This document shows, piece by piece, positions 29,158 through 37,345 of a stretch of DNA of 58,650 bases. The translations under genes were made by a program, and so were the position numbers. The notes under the pieces are model-generated. The model worked only from the letters and a program-made list of their open reading frames with translations. It ran no database searches and had not been told where the DNA came from. Position 1 is the stretch's first letter. Each line of letters begins with the position of its first letter. Source of the stretch: Alphaproteobacteria bacterium (lineage in GTDB: Bacteria; Pseudomonadota; Alphaproteobacteria; MPNO01; UBA830); contig JAYOEF010000005.1 of NCBI GenBank assembly GCA_038106605.1, positions 1 through 58,650 on the forward strand, read 5' to 3'.

Positions 29158-30269
29158 TCGCCCGGCGCGGGGCGCGCGCCGAGGAAGCGCCGGGCGAGAT
29201 GGAACGCGGGCAGGGTCAGCGTCGTGATCATGAGAATCCGGACGACGTGGTAGGCCGTCACCAGCGGCACGCCGAGCTTGAGGACGGCGGCGGTGAGGCT
29301 CATCTCGGCGAGGCCGCCCGGCGCGGTCGCCGCGATCATCGCGGTCGCGACGATATTCGTATGGTGCGCGATGAAGACCGCGAGGCCGAAGGCGACGGCC
29401 ATCATCACGACCGTCGTGATCGCCGAACCCAGGATGACCCGGGGCGCCGATGCCATCGCCGTGCGGTCGAAGCGTTCGCCGAGTGCCGTGCCGATGAACA
29501 CCTGCGCGGCGCTCAGGAGGACGCGGGGCATCGCCGACAGCTCGATGTCGAACACGGTCAGCAGGCTGGTGACGATCGCGGCACCGAGCATCCAGCAATT
29601 GGGGACGCGGAGGCGGTAGAGCGTCAGCGCGCCCAATAGCGCGATGGCGAGGAGGAGGGCGAGGTACTTCGCATCGACCGTCTTCACCAGCGGAACGAAC
29701 ACGTCTTCGCCGGTCTGGCCGAAGAACGTGAGCGCCGGCGGGATCGACAGGATGACGATGGTGACCCGGGTGAGCTGCGACAGGGTGAGCTGCACGGGCC
29801 GCGCACCGAAGCGGTCGCCGAGCGCGAGCATCTCGGCCATGCCGCCCGGCACGTTGCCGAAGAAGGCGGTCGCGCCGTCCACCCGGGCGACGCGCATCAG
29901 GATCGCGCCGCCGACCGCGCCGAGGCCGATCGAGACCAGCGCGGCGAGGATCATCCAGGGCAGGTGAGAGGCGACGATCGCCGCGACCGTGGGCGTGAAG
30001 TAGAGGCCGATCGTCGTCCCGATGAAGATCTGACCGAGCTGTCGCGAGCCCTTCGGTCCCCTGATCCGGGGGCCCGCGAGATTGACGGCCGCGACCGCGA
30101 AAAGCGATCCGAAGAACCATGGAAGCGGGGCGTGGACGAGGAAGAGCAGCCAGCCGCCGAACGTGCCGAGCGCGAGCGTCGGCAGGCATTTTGCGATATC
30201 GAGGAGCGTCGGGCGGTGGCGTTTCACGCGCCGGTTAGACGGCAAGGCGCGGGGCTTGTCAAATTCCAT
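29154..30269 (-). CDS. AbrB-family duplicated membrane protein (putative ammonia monooxygenase-like family)
   Basis: Two repeats: PLPW..G, Q.FIG, PGGMAEM / PGGLAEM, about 10 TM segments; alternative GTG start near 30227. Confidence 0.88.
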   Translation of the reverse strand: MEFDKPRALPSNRRVKRHRPTLLDIAKCLPTLALGTFGGWLLFLVHAPLPWFFGSLFAVAAVNLAGPRIRGPKGSRQLGQIFIGTTIGLYFTPTVAAIVASHLPWMILAALVSIGLGAVGGAILMRVARVDGATAFFGNVPGGMAEMLALGDRFGARPVQLTLSQLTRVTIVILSIPPALTFFGQTGEDVFVPLVKTVDAKYLALLLAIALLGALTLYRLRVPNCWMLGAAIVTSLLTVFDIELSAMPRVLLSAAQVFIGTALGERFDRTAMASAPRVILGSAITTVVMMAVAFGLAVFIAHHTNIVATAMIAATAPGGLAEMSLTAAVLKLGVPLVTAYHVVRILMITTLTLPAFHLARRFLGARPAPGE

Positions 30270-30290
30270 TCGCGGGCGTTTCGCGGCGCC

Positions 30291-30324
30291 GAAACGAAGA
30301 GAGGCGGGACTATGCCCGCCTCTC
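30291..30324 (-). terminator. Hairpin or terminator after the solute-binding protein gene
   Basis: GAGAGGCGGG-catagt-CCCGCCTCTC then TTCGTTTC on the minus strand. Confidence 0.6.
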
Positions 30325-30347
30325 CCGGTTCCCTGCGGAACTCCTGC

Positions 30348-31544
30348 TTACTTGCAGGGCAGCGCCGGATGCTCTTCCAGCAGCTCCCACTGCTTGTTCT
30401 TCATCGTCAGCACGTAGCCCGGAAGCTGGGCGTCGCCCGTCTTCTCGAAGCAGATGTTGCCGATGATGCCCGAGTAGGTGAGCGTGCCGAGCGTGTCGCG
30501 GATCGCGGTGCGTTCCGCCTTCACCTTGGCCGGGTCGCCGGTGACGCCCGCCTTCTCGATCGCCGCCTTGAGGATGTAGACGATGTCGTAGGCCGAGGCG
30601 TCGACATGGTGCGGGAACGGCTTCTCGATGCCCTGGGCCTTGGACGCGGCGACGAACTTGTCGCTGAAGTCCTGCGAGCGCTTGTCGCGCTTGTACCAGT
30701 ACCAGGTGGCGAAGACCGAGCCGTCGCCGTCGGTGCCGAACTTGTCGACGATTTCGGGATCGGCCCAGATCTGCGCGCCGATAAGGGGCGTGTTGATGCC
30801 CTGGCGGCGCATCTCCTTGAGCACGCGGATCGCGATCGGCGTGATGCCGGCGACGCCGACATAGTCGATGTCCTTGCCCTTGAGCTCGGAGACCTGCGCC
30901 GAAACGTCGAACGCCTTGGAGGCGAAGCCGATCGGGCCGGTGATCTTGACGCCTTCCTTGTCGAAGATCGGCTTCATGATCGAGAGGCCGACCGCCTTGG
31001 AGACGACGTCGTCGGTGCCGTACATGATCGCGACCGACTTCGAGAGCGCGTTGCGCTTCTTCTGGGTGTTCACCACGCGGATGAACTGGAGGTATTCGCT
31101 CTCGGTCACCCGGAAGGCGTAGGAGAATTTGTCGGCGAGGTTGGGCGCGGACGACGCGTTCGGGATCTGGACGATGCCCTCGCGCTCGCCGGCCGCGAAG
31201 GCGACCTGCGCCTCGCTCGACGAGAACGGGCCGATGACGGCGAGCGCCTTGTCGTCCTGAGCGAACTTGCGCACCGCGACGACGGCCTGCTTGGGATCGC
31301 CCGCGGTGTCGAACTTCACCATGCGGATCTTCTTGCCGCCGATGCCGCCCGCGGCGTTGATTTCGGCGACCGCTATGTCGACGGCGACCTCGGTGGTCTT
31401 GTTGATCGTCGAATAGAGGCCGGTCCGGCCGAAGCTGAGGCCGAGTACGATCTCGTCCGCCGCCATGGCGGCCGGGCCGGCCGCGGCCACGGCCGCGAAG
31501 GCGCCGATCGCCAGCGCCGGCAGTCTAAAGGCTTTACGCATCAC
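30348..31544 (-). CDS. ABC transporter substrate-binding protein, Liv/HAAT family
   Basis: Signal peptide; AVAEINAAGGI.GK, DTAGDP, IGPFSS, YD.VY. Confidence 0.9.
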   Translation of the reverse strand: MMRKAFRLPALAIGAFAAVAAAGPAAMAADEIVLGLSFGRTGLYSTINKTTEVAVDIAVAEINAAGGIGGKKIRMVKFDTAGDPKQAVVAVRKFAQDDKALAVIGPFSSSEAQVAFAAGEREGIVQIPNASSAPNLADKFSYAFRVTESEYLQFIRVVNTQKKRNALSKSVAIMYGTDDVVSKAVGLSIMKPIFDKEGVKITGPIGFASKAFDVSAQVSELKGKDIDYVGVAGITPIAIRVLKEMRRQGINTPLIGAQIWADPEIVDKFGTDGDGSVFATWYWYKRDKRSQDFSDKFVAASKAQGIEKPFPHHVDASAYDIVYILKAAIEKAGVTGDPAKVKAERTAIRDTLGTLTYSGIIGNICFEKTGDAQLPGYVLTMKNKQWELLEEHPALPCK

Positions 31545-31597
31545 GTCTCTCCTGCGTCCCCGTCGGTTTATGCGGGCCGTTCCCGGGCGTCGGGGTC

Positions 31598-32296
31598 TTA
31601 TCCGCCGAGATAGGCCTCTTCCAGTCGGCTGTCCCCGGCAAGCGTATCAGAAGCGCCTTCGAGGACAACTCTGCCGAGTTCGAGCACGTAGGCGCGGTCC
31701 GAGTGGGCGAGCGCCATGTGCGTGTTCTGTTCGACGAGCAGGATGGTGAGCCCGCCGTCGTTGAGTTCGCGGATCAGGTCGAATAGCTGGCGGACGAGGA
31801 GCGGGCTGAGCCCGAGCGACGGCTCGTCGAGCATCATCAGCCGCGGCTTCGCGAGGAGCGCGCGGCCGATCGCGAGCATCTGCTGTTCGCCGCCGGAGAG
31901 CACCGACGCCGGCATGGACCGGCGCTTCGCGAGATTGGGGAAGCGGTCGTAGATCGCCTCGATCTCGGCGGAAAATTCGTCGTTCCGGCAGTATGCGCCC
32001 ATCTGCAGGTTCTCGTGGACGGTGAGGCTGACGAAGATCTGCCGCCCCTCGGGAACGAGGACGAGCCCGCCGCGCACGCGCTTCGGCGCCGACCAGCCGG
32101 AAATGTCGGTGCCGTCGAAGATCACCGATCCCGTCGATTTCTCGGTGCCCTGGATCGCCTTGAGGAGAGAGCTCTTGCCGGCGCCGTTCGCGCCGAGCAC
32201 CGTCACGATCTCGCCCGCGTCGAGCCGCAGGCCCACGGACTTCACGGCATGGTTCCGCCCGTAGCGGACGTCGAGACCGTTGACCTCAAGCAGCAT
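31598..32296 (-). CDS. ABC ATP-binding protein, LivF-like
   Basis: GANGAGKS, VPEGR, LSGGEQQM, LDEPSLGL. Confidence 0.93.
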   Translation of the reverse strand: MLLEVNGLDVRYGRNHAVKSVGLRLDAGEIVTVLGANGAGKSSLLKAIQGTEKSTGSVIFDGTDISGWSAPKRVRGGLVLVPEGRQIFVSLTVHENLQMGAYCRNDEFSAEIEAIYDRFPNLAKRRSMPASVLSGGEQQMLAIGRALLAKPRLMMLDEPSLGLSPLLVRQLFDLIRELNDGGLTILLVEQNTHMALAHSDRAYVLELGRVVLEGASDTLAGDSRLEEAYLGG

Positions 32297-33059
32297 GGCT
32301 GTCCCCGTCGCCGCCAAGATAGGCCTCGAGAACGCCCGGATCGCGATGGACCTCCTCCGGCGTCCCCTCGAAGATCTTGCGTCCGAAATTAAGCACGACC
32401 ACGTGGTCGCACAGGTTGCGGACGAAATGCATGTCGTGCTCGACCACGAGGATCGTGACCCCGGTCGCCGACACGCGCTGCAGCAGCTCCTGGAGCTGGC
32501 GGGTCTCGGTCTCGTTGAGGCCCGCCGCCGGCTCGTCGAGCAGCAGGAGCTTCGGCTGCGAGACCATTGCGCGGACGACCTCGATCCGCTTCTGCACGCC
32601 GTAGGGCAGGTTGGCGACGACCTCGCCCGGATAGGTGTCGAGACCCGCGTCGTGCAGCGCGGCCTCGGCCTGCGTCCGCCACCTGTTGCGGGCGATCAGG
32701 CCGATGGGGAACAGGAGGTCGCCGAGGCCCCGGGCCCGCGCGTGCTGGCCGAGCATCACGTTTTCGACGGTCGACAGATGCGGCATCAGCCGGATGTTCT
32801 GGAAGCTGCGCGACATGCCGTGGACGACGCGGTTCCGGGCGGGCACGTTCGTGATGTCGGCGCCGTCGAGCGTGATCCTGCCCGCGTCGATCGGATAGAC
32901 GCCGGTGAGGAGGTTGAAGACCGTGGTCTTGCCCGCGCCGTTCGGGCCGATCAGCGCGGTGCGGCTGCCGCGGCGGACGTCGAAGGACACGTCGTCGATG
33001 ACGAGGAGCCCGCCGAAGCTTTTCGAGAGGCCGGCGATGGTGAGGACGTTGCCGCTCAT
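32286..33059 (-). CDS. ABC ATP-binding protein, LivG-like
   Basis: [30 protein letters not shown]. Confidence 0.93.
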   Translation of the reverse strand: MSGNVLTIAGLSKSFGGLLVIDDVSFDVRRGSRTALIGPNGAGKTTVFNLLTGVYPIDAGRITLDGADITNVPARNRVVHGMSRSFQNIRLMPHLSTVENVMLGQHARARGLGDLLFPIGLIARNRWRTQAEAALHDAGLDTYPGEVVANLPYGVQKRIEVVRAMVSQPKLLLLDEPAAGLNETETRQLQELLQRVSATGVTILVVEHDMHFVRNLCDHVVVLNFGRKIFEGTPEEVHRDPGVLEAYLGGDGDSHAA

Positions 33060-33958
33060 GGCGCGGCGTCCCCGGCGGGGCGCGCGCGCCCGCGCCCGGT
33101 GAGCACGCCCTTGCAGCGGTCGATGAACGTCCGCGTCACGACGCCCTCGGGGCGGAAGACCATCATCAGCACGATGAAGGCGCCGAAGAAGATGAACCGG
33201 CTATCGGCGAGCCATTTCCAGTCCATCGCGTTCGCGAGTTGACGGAAGGCCTCGGGCACGATGGTGAAGAAGGCCGCGCCGACGATCGGGCCCCACGCGG
33301 TCTGGGTGCCGCCGAGGAGGACGTAAAGGAGGATGTAGATGCTGAGGAGGACGTTGAAGGTCTGCGCCTCGATGAAGTTGTACTGGTGGCCGTAGAGGGC
33401 CCCGCCGAGCCCCATCAGCATGCCGCCGAGGGTGAAGGCGGCCACCTTGGCGGTCCGGACGTCGACGCCGAACAGGGTCGCGACGCTCTCGTCGTCGTGG
33501 ATCGAGCGGAAGGCGAGGCCGAGGCGGGTCGACATCAGGTAGAAGCAGAACAGGATGACGGCGAAGGTGACCGGCACGATGACGGCGACCGAGATGTAGC
33601 CCTCGACCGGCATGCCGGCGGCGCCGCCGAGGAACTCCATGTTGATGGCGAGCCCGGAGACCACCTCGGCGAAGGCGAACGTCGCGAGCACCATGTAGAC
33701 GCCGCGGGTTCTCAATATCGGGAACGAGATCAGGAACGAGATCGCCCCGGTGAAGGCCATGGAAAGGGGAATGCTGACCGCGACCGGCAGGTTGAGGCCC
33801 ACCTGCGCGTTGAACCACGAGCTCGCATAGGCGCCGAGGGTGACGAACCCGGCGGCGCCGAGGTTGAGCTGGCCCGAGGCGGCGGGCAGGAAGACGCCGT
33901 AGGCGTAGACCGTGCTCAGGCAGAAGATGATGAGCTGGGATTCGAGGTAGCCGCTCAT
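33056..33958 (-). CDS. ABC permease, LivM-like
   Basis: GQLNLG, G.Y..LAT, GPIVGA, RPEG. Confidence 0.9.
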   Translation of the reverse strand: MSGYLESQLIIFCLSTVYAYGVFLPAASGQLNLGAAGFVTLGAYASSWFNAQVGLNLPVAVSIPLSMAFTGAISFLISFPILRTRGVYMVLATFAFAEVVSGLAINMEFLGGAAGMPVEGYISVAVIVPVTFAVILFCFYLMSTRLGLAFRSIHDDESVATLFGVDVRTAKVAAFTLGGMLMGLGGALYGHQYNFIEAQTFNVLLSIYILLYVLLGGTQTAWGPIVGAAFFTIVPEAFRQLANAMDWKWLADSRFIFFGAFIVLMMVFRPEGVVTRTFIDRCKGVLTGRGRARPAGDAAP

Positions 33959-33959
33959 C

Positions 33960-34904
33960 TCAGAACTTCCCCTTGCCGATGCGGCTGTGGCCGAACAGGC
34001 CGGTCGGGCGCAGCACCAGCGTCAGCAGGAGGAGACCCCAGATCGGGACCTTCACGAAATCGGCGCCGACGATGTAGATCGACAGCACCTCCAGCACGCC
34101 GACGAGGAGGCCGCCCACGATCGCGCCCCAGACATTGCCGAGCCCGCCGAGCACCATGCCGGCGATGGCGACGGTCGCCACGGTGTCGCCCACGTAGGCG
34201 TCGATGGTGGTGTAGTTGATCGTGAACAGGATGCCGGAGACCGCGCAGAGGAGACCGGTGATCACGTAGACCACGGGAACGATGCGCAACACCTCGACGC
34301 CCATCAGGGTCGCGGTATCCGGCCTTTCTGCAATGGAGCGGAGCGCCCGGCCGAGGCGAGTCGACTTGATGATGTAGCTGAGGAGCGCGACGATCCCGAG
34401 CGAGAGCCCGAGACTGATGATCTGCGGCCAGCTGAACAGGATCTTGCCGATGGTGAAGGTCGCATTGCCGAAGGGGGACGTGATCTGCAGCGGATCGGAG
34501 CCCCATGCGCTGATCACCGTGTGCTCGAAGATGATCAGGAAGCCGAGCGAGGAGACCAGCGGCAGCGCATGCTCCGTCGCGTCGCCGTACTTCGCCTTCA
34601 TGTAGCGGTAGGTGAAGCGCTCGACCACCAGCGAGATCAGCGCGGTCACGACGAGAGAGACGACGATGCCGGCGATCCAAAGATTGGCGTTTCCGAACAG
34701 GGCTTCGAGCGCTTCGTTGCCGAAGGGCAGGTTGCCCGTCATCGTCGCCCACATCAGCACCGCGGCGAACATGAACAGCGCCGGGATGGTGAAGTTGAGG
34801 AAGTTCAGCATGCCGATGATGAGCGTGAAGGCCACCGCGACCATCACGTACACACCGCCAAGCATCAGCCCGTTTATGAGCTGCTGAAGGAGGAGAAAGT
34901 CCAA
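33960..34904 (-). CDS. ABC permease, LivH-like
   Basis: QQLINGL.LG, LGRALR, GGLGN..G, RPTGLFG; TTG start with AGGGAAG RBS. Confidence 0.9.
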   Translation of the reverse strand: MDFLLLQQLINGLMLGGVYVMVAVAFTLIIGMLNFLNFTIPALFMFAAVLMWATMTGNLPFGNEALEALFGNANLWIAGIVVSLVVTALISLVVERFTYRYMKAKYGDATEHALPLVSSLGFLIIFEHTVISAWGSDPLQITSPFGNATFTIGKILFSWPQIISLGLSLGIVALLSYIIKSTRLGRALRSIAERPDTATLMGVEVLRIVPVVYVITGLLCAVSGILFTINYTTIDAYVGDTVATVAIAGMVLGGLGNVWGAIVGGLLVGVLEVLSIYIVGADFVKVPIWGLLLLTLVLRPTGLFGHSRIGKGKF

Positions 34905-34945
34905 ACGCGTCTTCCCTGTTATGGGAACATTACAGTCCGAACTGT

Positions 34946-34963
34946 TTGTGCATTGCAATACGA
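34946..34963. promoter_or_regulatory. Possible operator upstream of the ABC operon
   Basis: Palindromic core ATTGCAAT within TTGTGCATTGCAATACGA, overlapping a plausible minus-strand -10. Confidence 0.3.
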
Positions 34964-35043
34964 ATCGTGGGACTCCGTCCAATCATCGTCCCGCAAGCGG
35001 GAAACGGCCGCGGCCGGCCGCTTCCCCGGTACGGCTGGTTCCC

Positions 35044-36015
35044 TTACTTCTTCTTCCGGCGCCCGCGCTTCTGGTTCTCGGGCGTCTCGGTGCGGCCCTT
35101 CCGGCGCTTCTTCGTCGGGATGTGGCTTTCGTGGTTCTTCAGGTACCACTTCGCGATCTCCTCGCGCGTCGTCCACCAGACGTCGGGGAACTGCTTCGCG
35201 TAGTCGATGAACTCGCGCACGCAGCGCGCGCGGAACGGCTGGCCGACGACGTGGGGATGGAGGCCGAGATTCATCAGCCGTCCGCTCGTCGCGCCCTCGG
35301 CGTAGAGCGTGTCGAACTGCTCCTTGAACAACTCGAACGCCTCGGTCGTCGTGTTGCCGCGGCGCATGAAGATCATGAAGTCGTTCACTTCGTTCGTGTA
35401 CGGCACCGAGACGATCGGCCCGTGATCGGTGTGGATCAGGTAGGGCTGGTCGTCGTTGAGATAGTCGGTGGTGTAGAGAAGCCCTTGCTCGGCGAGGATC
35501 TCGACCGTCGACGGATTGGCGCGGAGCGACGAGGACAGCCAGCCGGTGGCGGGTTTGCCGACCACGTCCTTGTAGACGCGGAGCGTCTCGAGCACGAGTT
35601 CGCGCTCGCCTTCCTCGTCGAAGTAGTAGTTCGTCAGCAGGTCGGACTGGACGTAGTTGTGGGCGACGAGCTCCCAGTTGCGGTCGATGCAGTACTGCAC
35701 CGCCTGCGGCCGTTCGAGGCCCATCTTGGCGTTCATCGTGCAGCTCGCCGGCACGCCCGCGCGCTCCATGATGTCGAACAGGCGCCAGATGCCGACGCGC
35801 TGGCCGTACTCGCGCCAGGTGTAGTTCGGGATGTCGGCGACGTTGCCGGGCAGGGGATCCGGGAGGATCGCCGGGCCGCCCGCGTAGTAGGCCTCCTCGG
35901 TGTCCTTGGTCAGGTCCCAGTATTCGAGATTGAACGTGATGAGCATCGCGATGCGCGCGCCGTTCGGCCATTTGAGCGGCTTGCGTTCCGGCATCGGTAC
36001 GAAATCGTAGTACAT
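35044..36015 (-). CDS. Polysaccharide-deacetylase-family protein, PuuE/allantoinase-like
   Basis: WPNGARIA, N.E.W, REYG.RVG.WR, GWL, DDQP, LHPH..G.P.R; GAGG RBS. Confidence 0.88.
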   Translation of the reverse strand: MYYDFVPMPERKPLKWPNGARIAMLITFNLEYWDLTKDTEEAYYAGGPAILPDPLPGNVADIPNYTWREYGQRVGIWRLFDIMERAGVPASCTMNAKMGLERPQAVQYCIDRNWELVAHNYVQSDLLTNYYFDEEGERELVLETLRVYKDVVGKPATGWLSSSLRANPSTVEILAEQGLLYTTDYLNDDQPYLIHTDHGPIVSVPYTNEVNDFMIFMRRGNTTTEAFELFKEQFDTLYAEGATSGRLMNLGLHPHVVGQPFRARCVREFIDYAKQFPDVWWTTREEIAKWYLKNHESHIPTKKRRKGRTETPENQKRGRRKKK

Positions 36016-36134
36016 GGTCCCCTCTGTGGCGTTGTTGTCCCCACTTCGATCATAATGGAACGATCGCGGCGCCGGGAAACGAATCCCGGAACCGTTAGAA
36101 AGACGAGGGAAGAGGAACGATGGAGGAGGGCGCG

Positions 36135-36767
36135 ATGAGGATCGATGCACCCGCGACGACGACGGACGGCATGCTGCCCGCCGCCGCGCGTTTCGTCGGC
36201 GAGATGAGGGCGCTGTTCGCGGAGGGCCTCGACGAGAGGGCGCTCTGGACCGAGGCCTGCGATCGTCTCCGCGATCTCCTCGCCGATCCCGAGCTCCAGC
36301 GTCATGCGCAGACCTGGCCCGACAGCCTCGCGGCCGGCGGACGTCCGTCGAACCTGCTGTTCTACGAGGATCCCGACCACGGCTTCGTCCTCAACGCTCT
36401 GATCAAGGCGCCGGACGCGAACAGTTCCGTGCATGACCACGGCCGTTCGTGGACGCTCTACGGCGTGCTGGAGGGGGCGGAACGGGTGACGCGTTACGTA
36501 CGAGACGACGAGGGCGCACCGACCGGGGCGGAAGCAGATCCGGCACGGCTGAGCGAGACCGGGACGCACGACGTCGTTCCCGGATACATCGATTTCGTCC
36601 CGCCGTGGGAGATCCACCAGGAATGCAACGGGCCCGCGCGCACCGTCGGCTTCATCGTGCGCAGCCAGCGTTCGGGAACGTTCGTGCAGAACCGCTTCGA
36701 CCGGGCCGCCGGGTCGGTCGTGCAATACGACGGACCCGTGCAGGTGCCCTATCGGCTGGGATGGTGA
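36135..36767 (+). CDS. Cysteine-dioxygenase-like cupin
   Basis: VHDHG.SW..YGV..G.E and later IH (three-His metal site); GGAGG RBS. Confidence 0.75.
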   Translation: MRIDAPATTTDGMLPAAARFVGEMRALFAEGLDERALWTEACDRLRDLLADPELQRHAQTWPDSLAAGGRPSNLLFYEDPDHGFVLNALIKAPDANSSVHDHGRSWTLYGVLEGAERVTRYVRDDEGAPTGAEADPARLSETGTHDVVPGYIDFVPPWEIHQECNGPARTVGFIVRSQRSGTFVQNRFDRAAGSVVQYDGPVQVPYRLGW

Positions 36768-36770
36768 AGG

Positions 36771-36794
36771 CCCGCTTCAGGCCCCGCTTCAGGC
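36771..36794. repeat. Exact 12-bp tandem duplication containing the parvulin stop codon
   Basis: CCCGCTTCAGGC x2. Confidence 0.7.
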
Positions 36795-37109
36795 AGTGCG
36801 CTTGATGAGGTGAAATCCGAAATCGGTCTCAACGACATCGCTCGTAGCGCCGACGTCGAGCCCGAAGGCGGCCGTTTCGAATTCGGGAACCATCATTCCG
36901 CGCCCGAAGGATCCGAGGTCGCCGCCCTGCGACGATGACGGGCAGTCGGAATTCTGACGGGCGACGGATCCGAAATCCGCACCTCCGTCGATCTCCGCCT
37001 TGAGCTCGGCGATCTTCTTTCTTGCTTCTTCTTCGGATCGCGTAGCCGTGGAACGGAGCGAGCCGTCGAACATCAGCAGGATGTGCGACGCCTGAATCTG
37101 GTCTGCCAT
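36789..37109 (-). CDS. Parvulin-type peptidyl-prolyl isomerase (single domain)
   Basis: ASHIL, SDCPS..GGDLG.F.RG.M.PEFE..AF, T.FGFHLI; AAAGGA RBS. Confidence 0.93.
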   Translation of the reverse strand: MADQIQASHILLMFDGSLRSTATRSEEEARKKIAELKAEIDGGADFGSVARQNSDCPSSSQGGDLGSFGRGMMVPEFETAAFGLDVGATSDVVETDFGFHLIKRTA

Positions 37110-37345
37110 TTCGATTGATCCTTTCTTTATCCCGTACGCCTCTGATTTTGGACGGTCGCGTTCCGGCAGGACCCCGATATCGGTCGCGAACGTCAGCGGC
37201 AGACTACGCCGTTTGGATTGCTGCGGCCACCGCGAATCCGCGGCGGTCACGACAAACTGAAGCGTTCCGGAGAGACACCGCGGCGCGGTTGCAACGTGGC
37301 CCGATTGTGGTCGAAGGCAGTTCCGTTTCGGTTTAGATTTCGCGG

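Noticed and set aside
26897-30189. Apparent 694-aa extended enolase and 676-aa extended kinase in the ORF track
   Set aside because: The extensions overlap the upstream genes in other frames; the true starts are the ATGA-coupled codons at 28162 and 29157
29154-30269. Ammonia monooxygenase / nitrification marker
   Set aside because: An AbrB-family duplicated membrane protein, unrelated to AmoCAB
37255-37330. Glycine riboswitch (GGAGAGA...GAAGG)
   Set aside because: Lacks the CTCTCAGG element and closing stems; the downstream gene is unrelated
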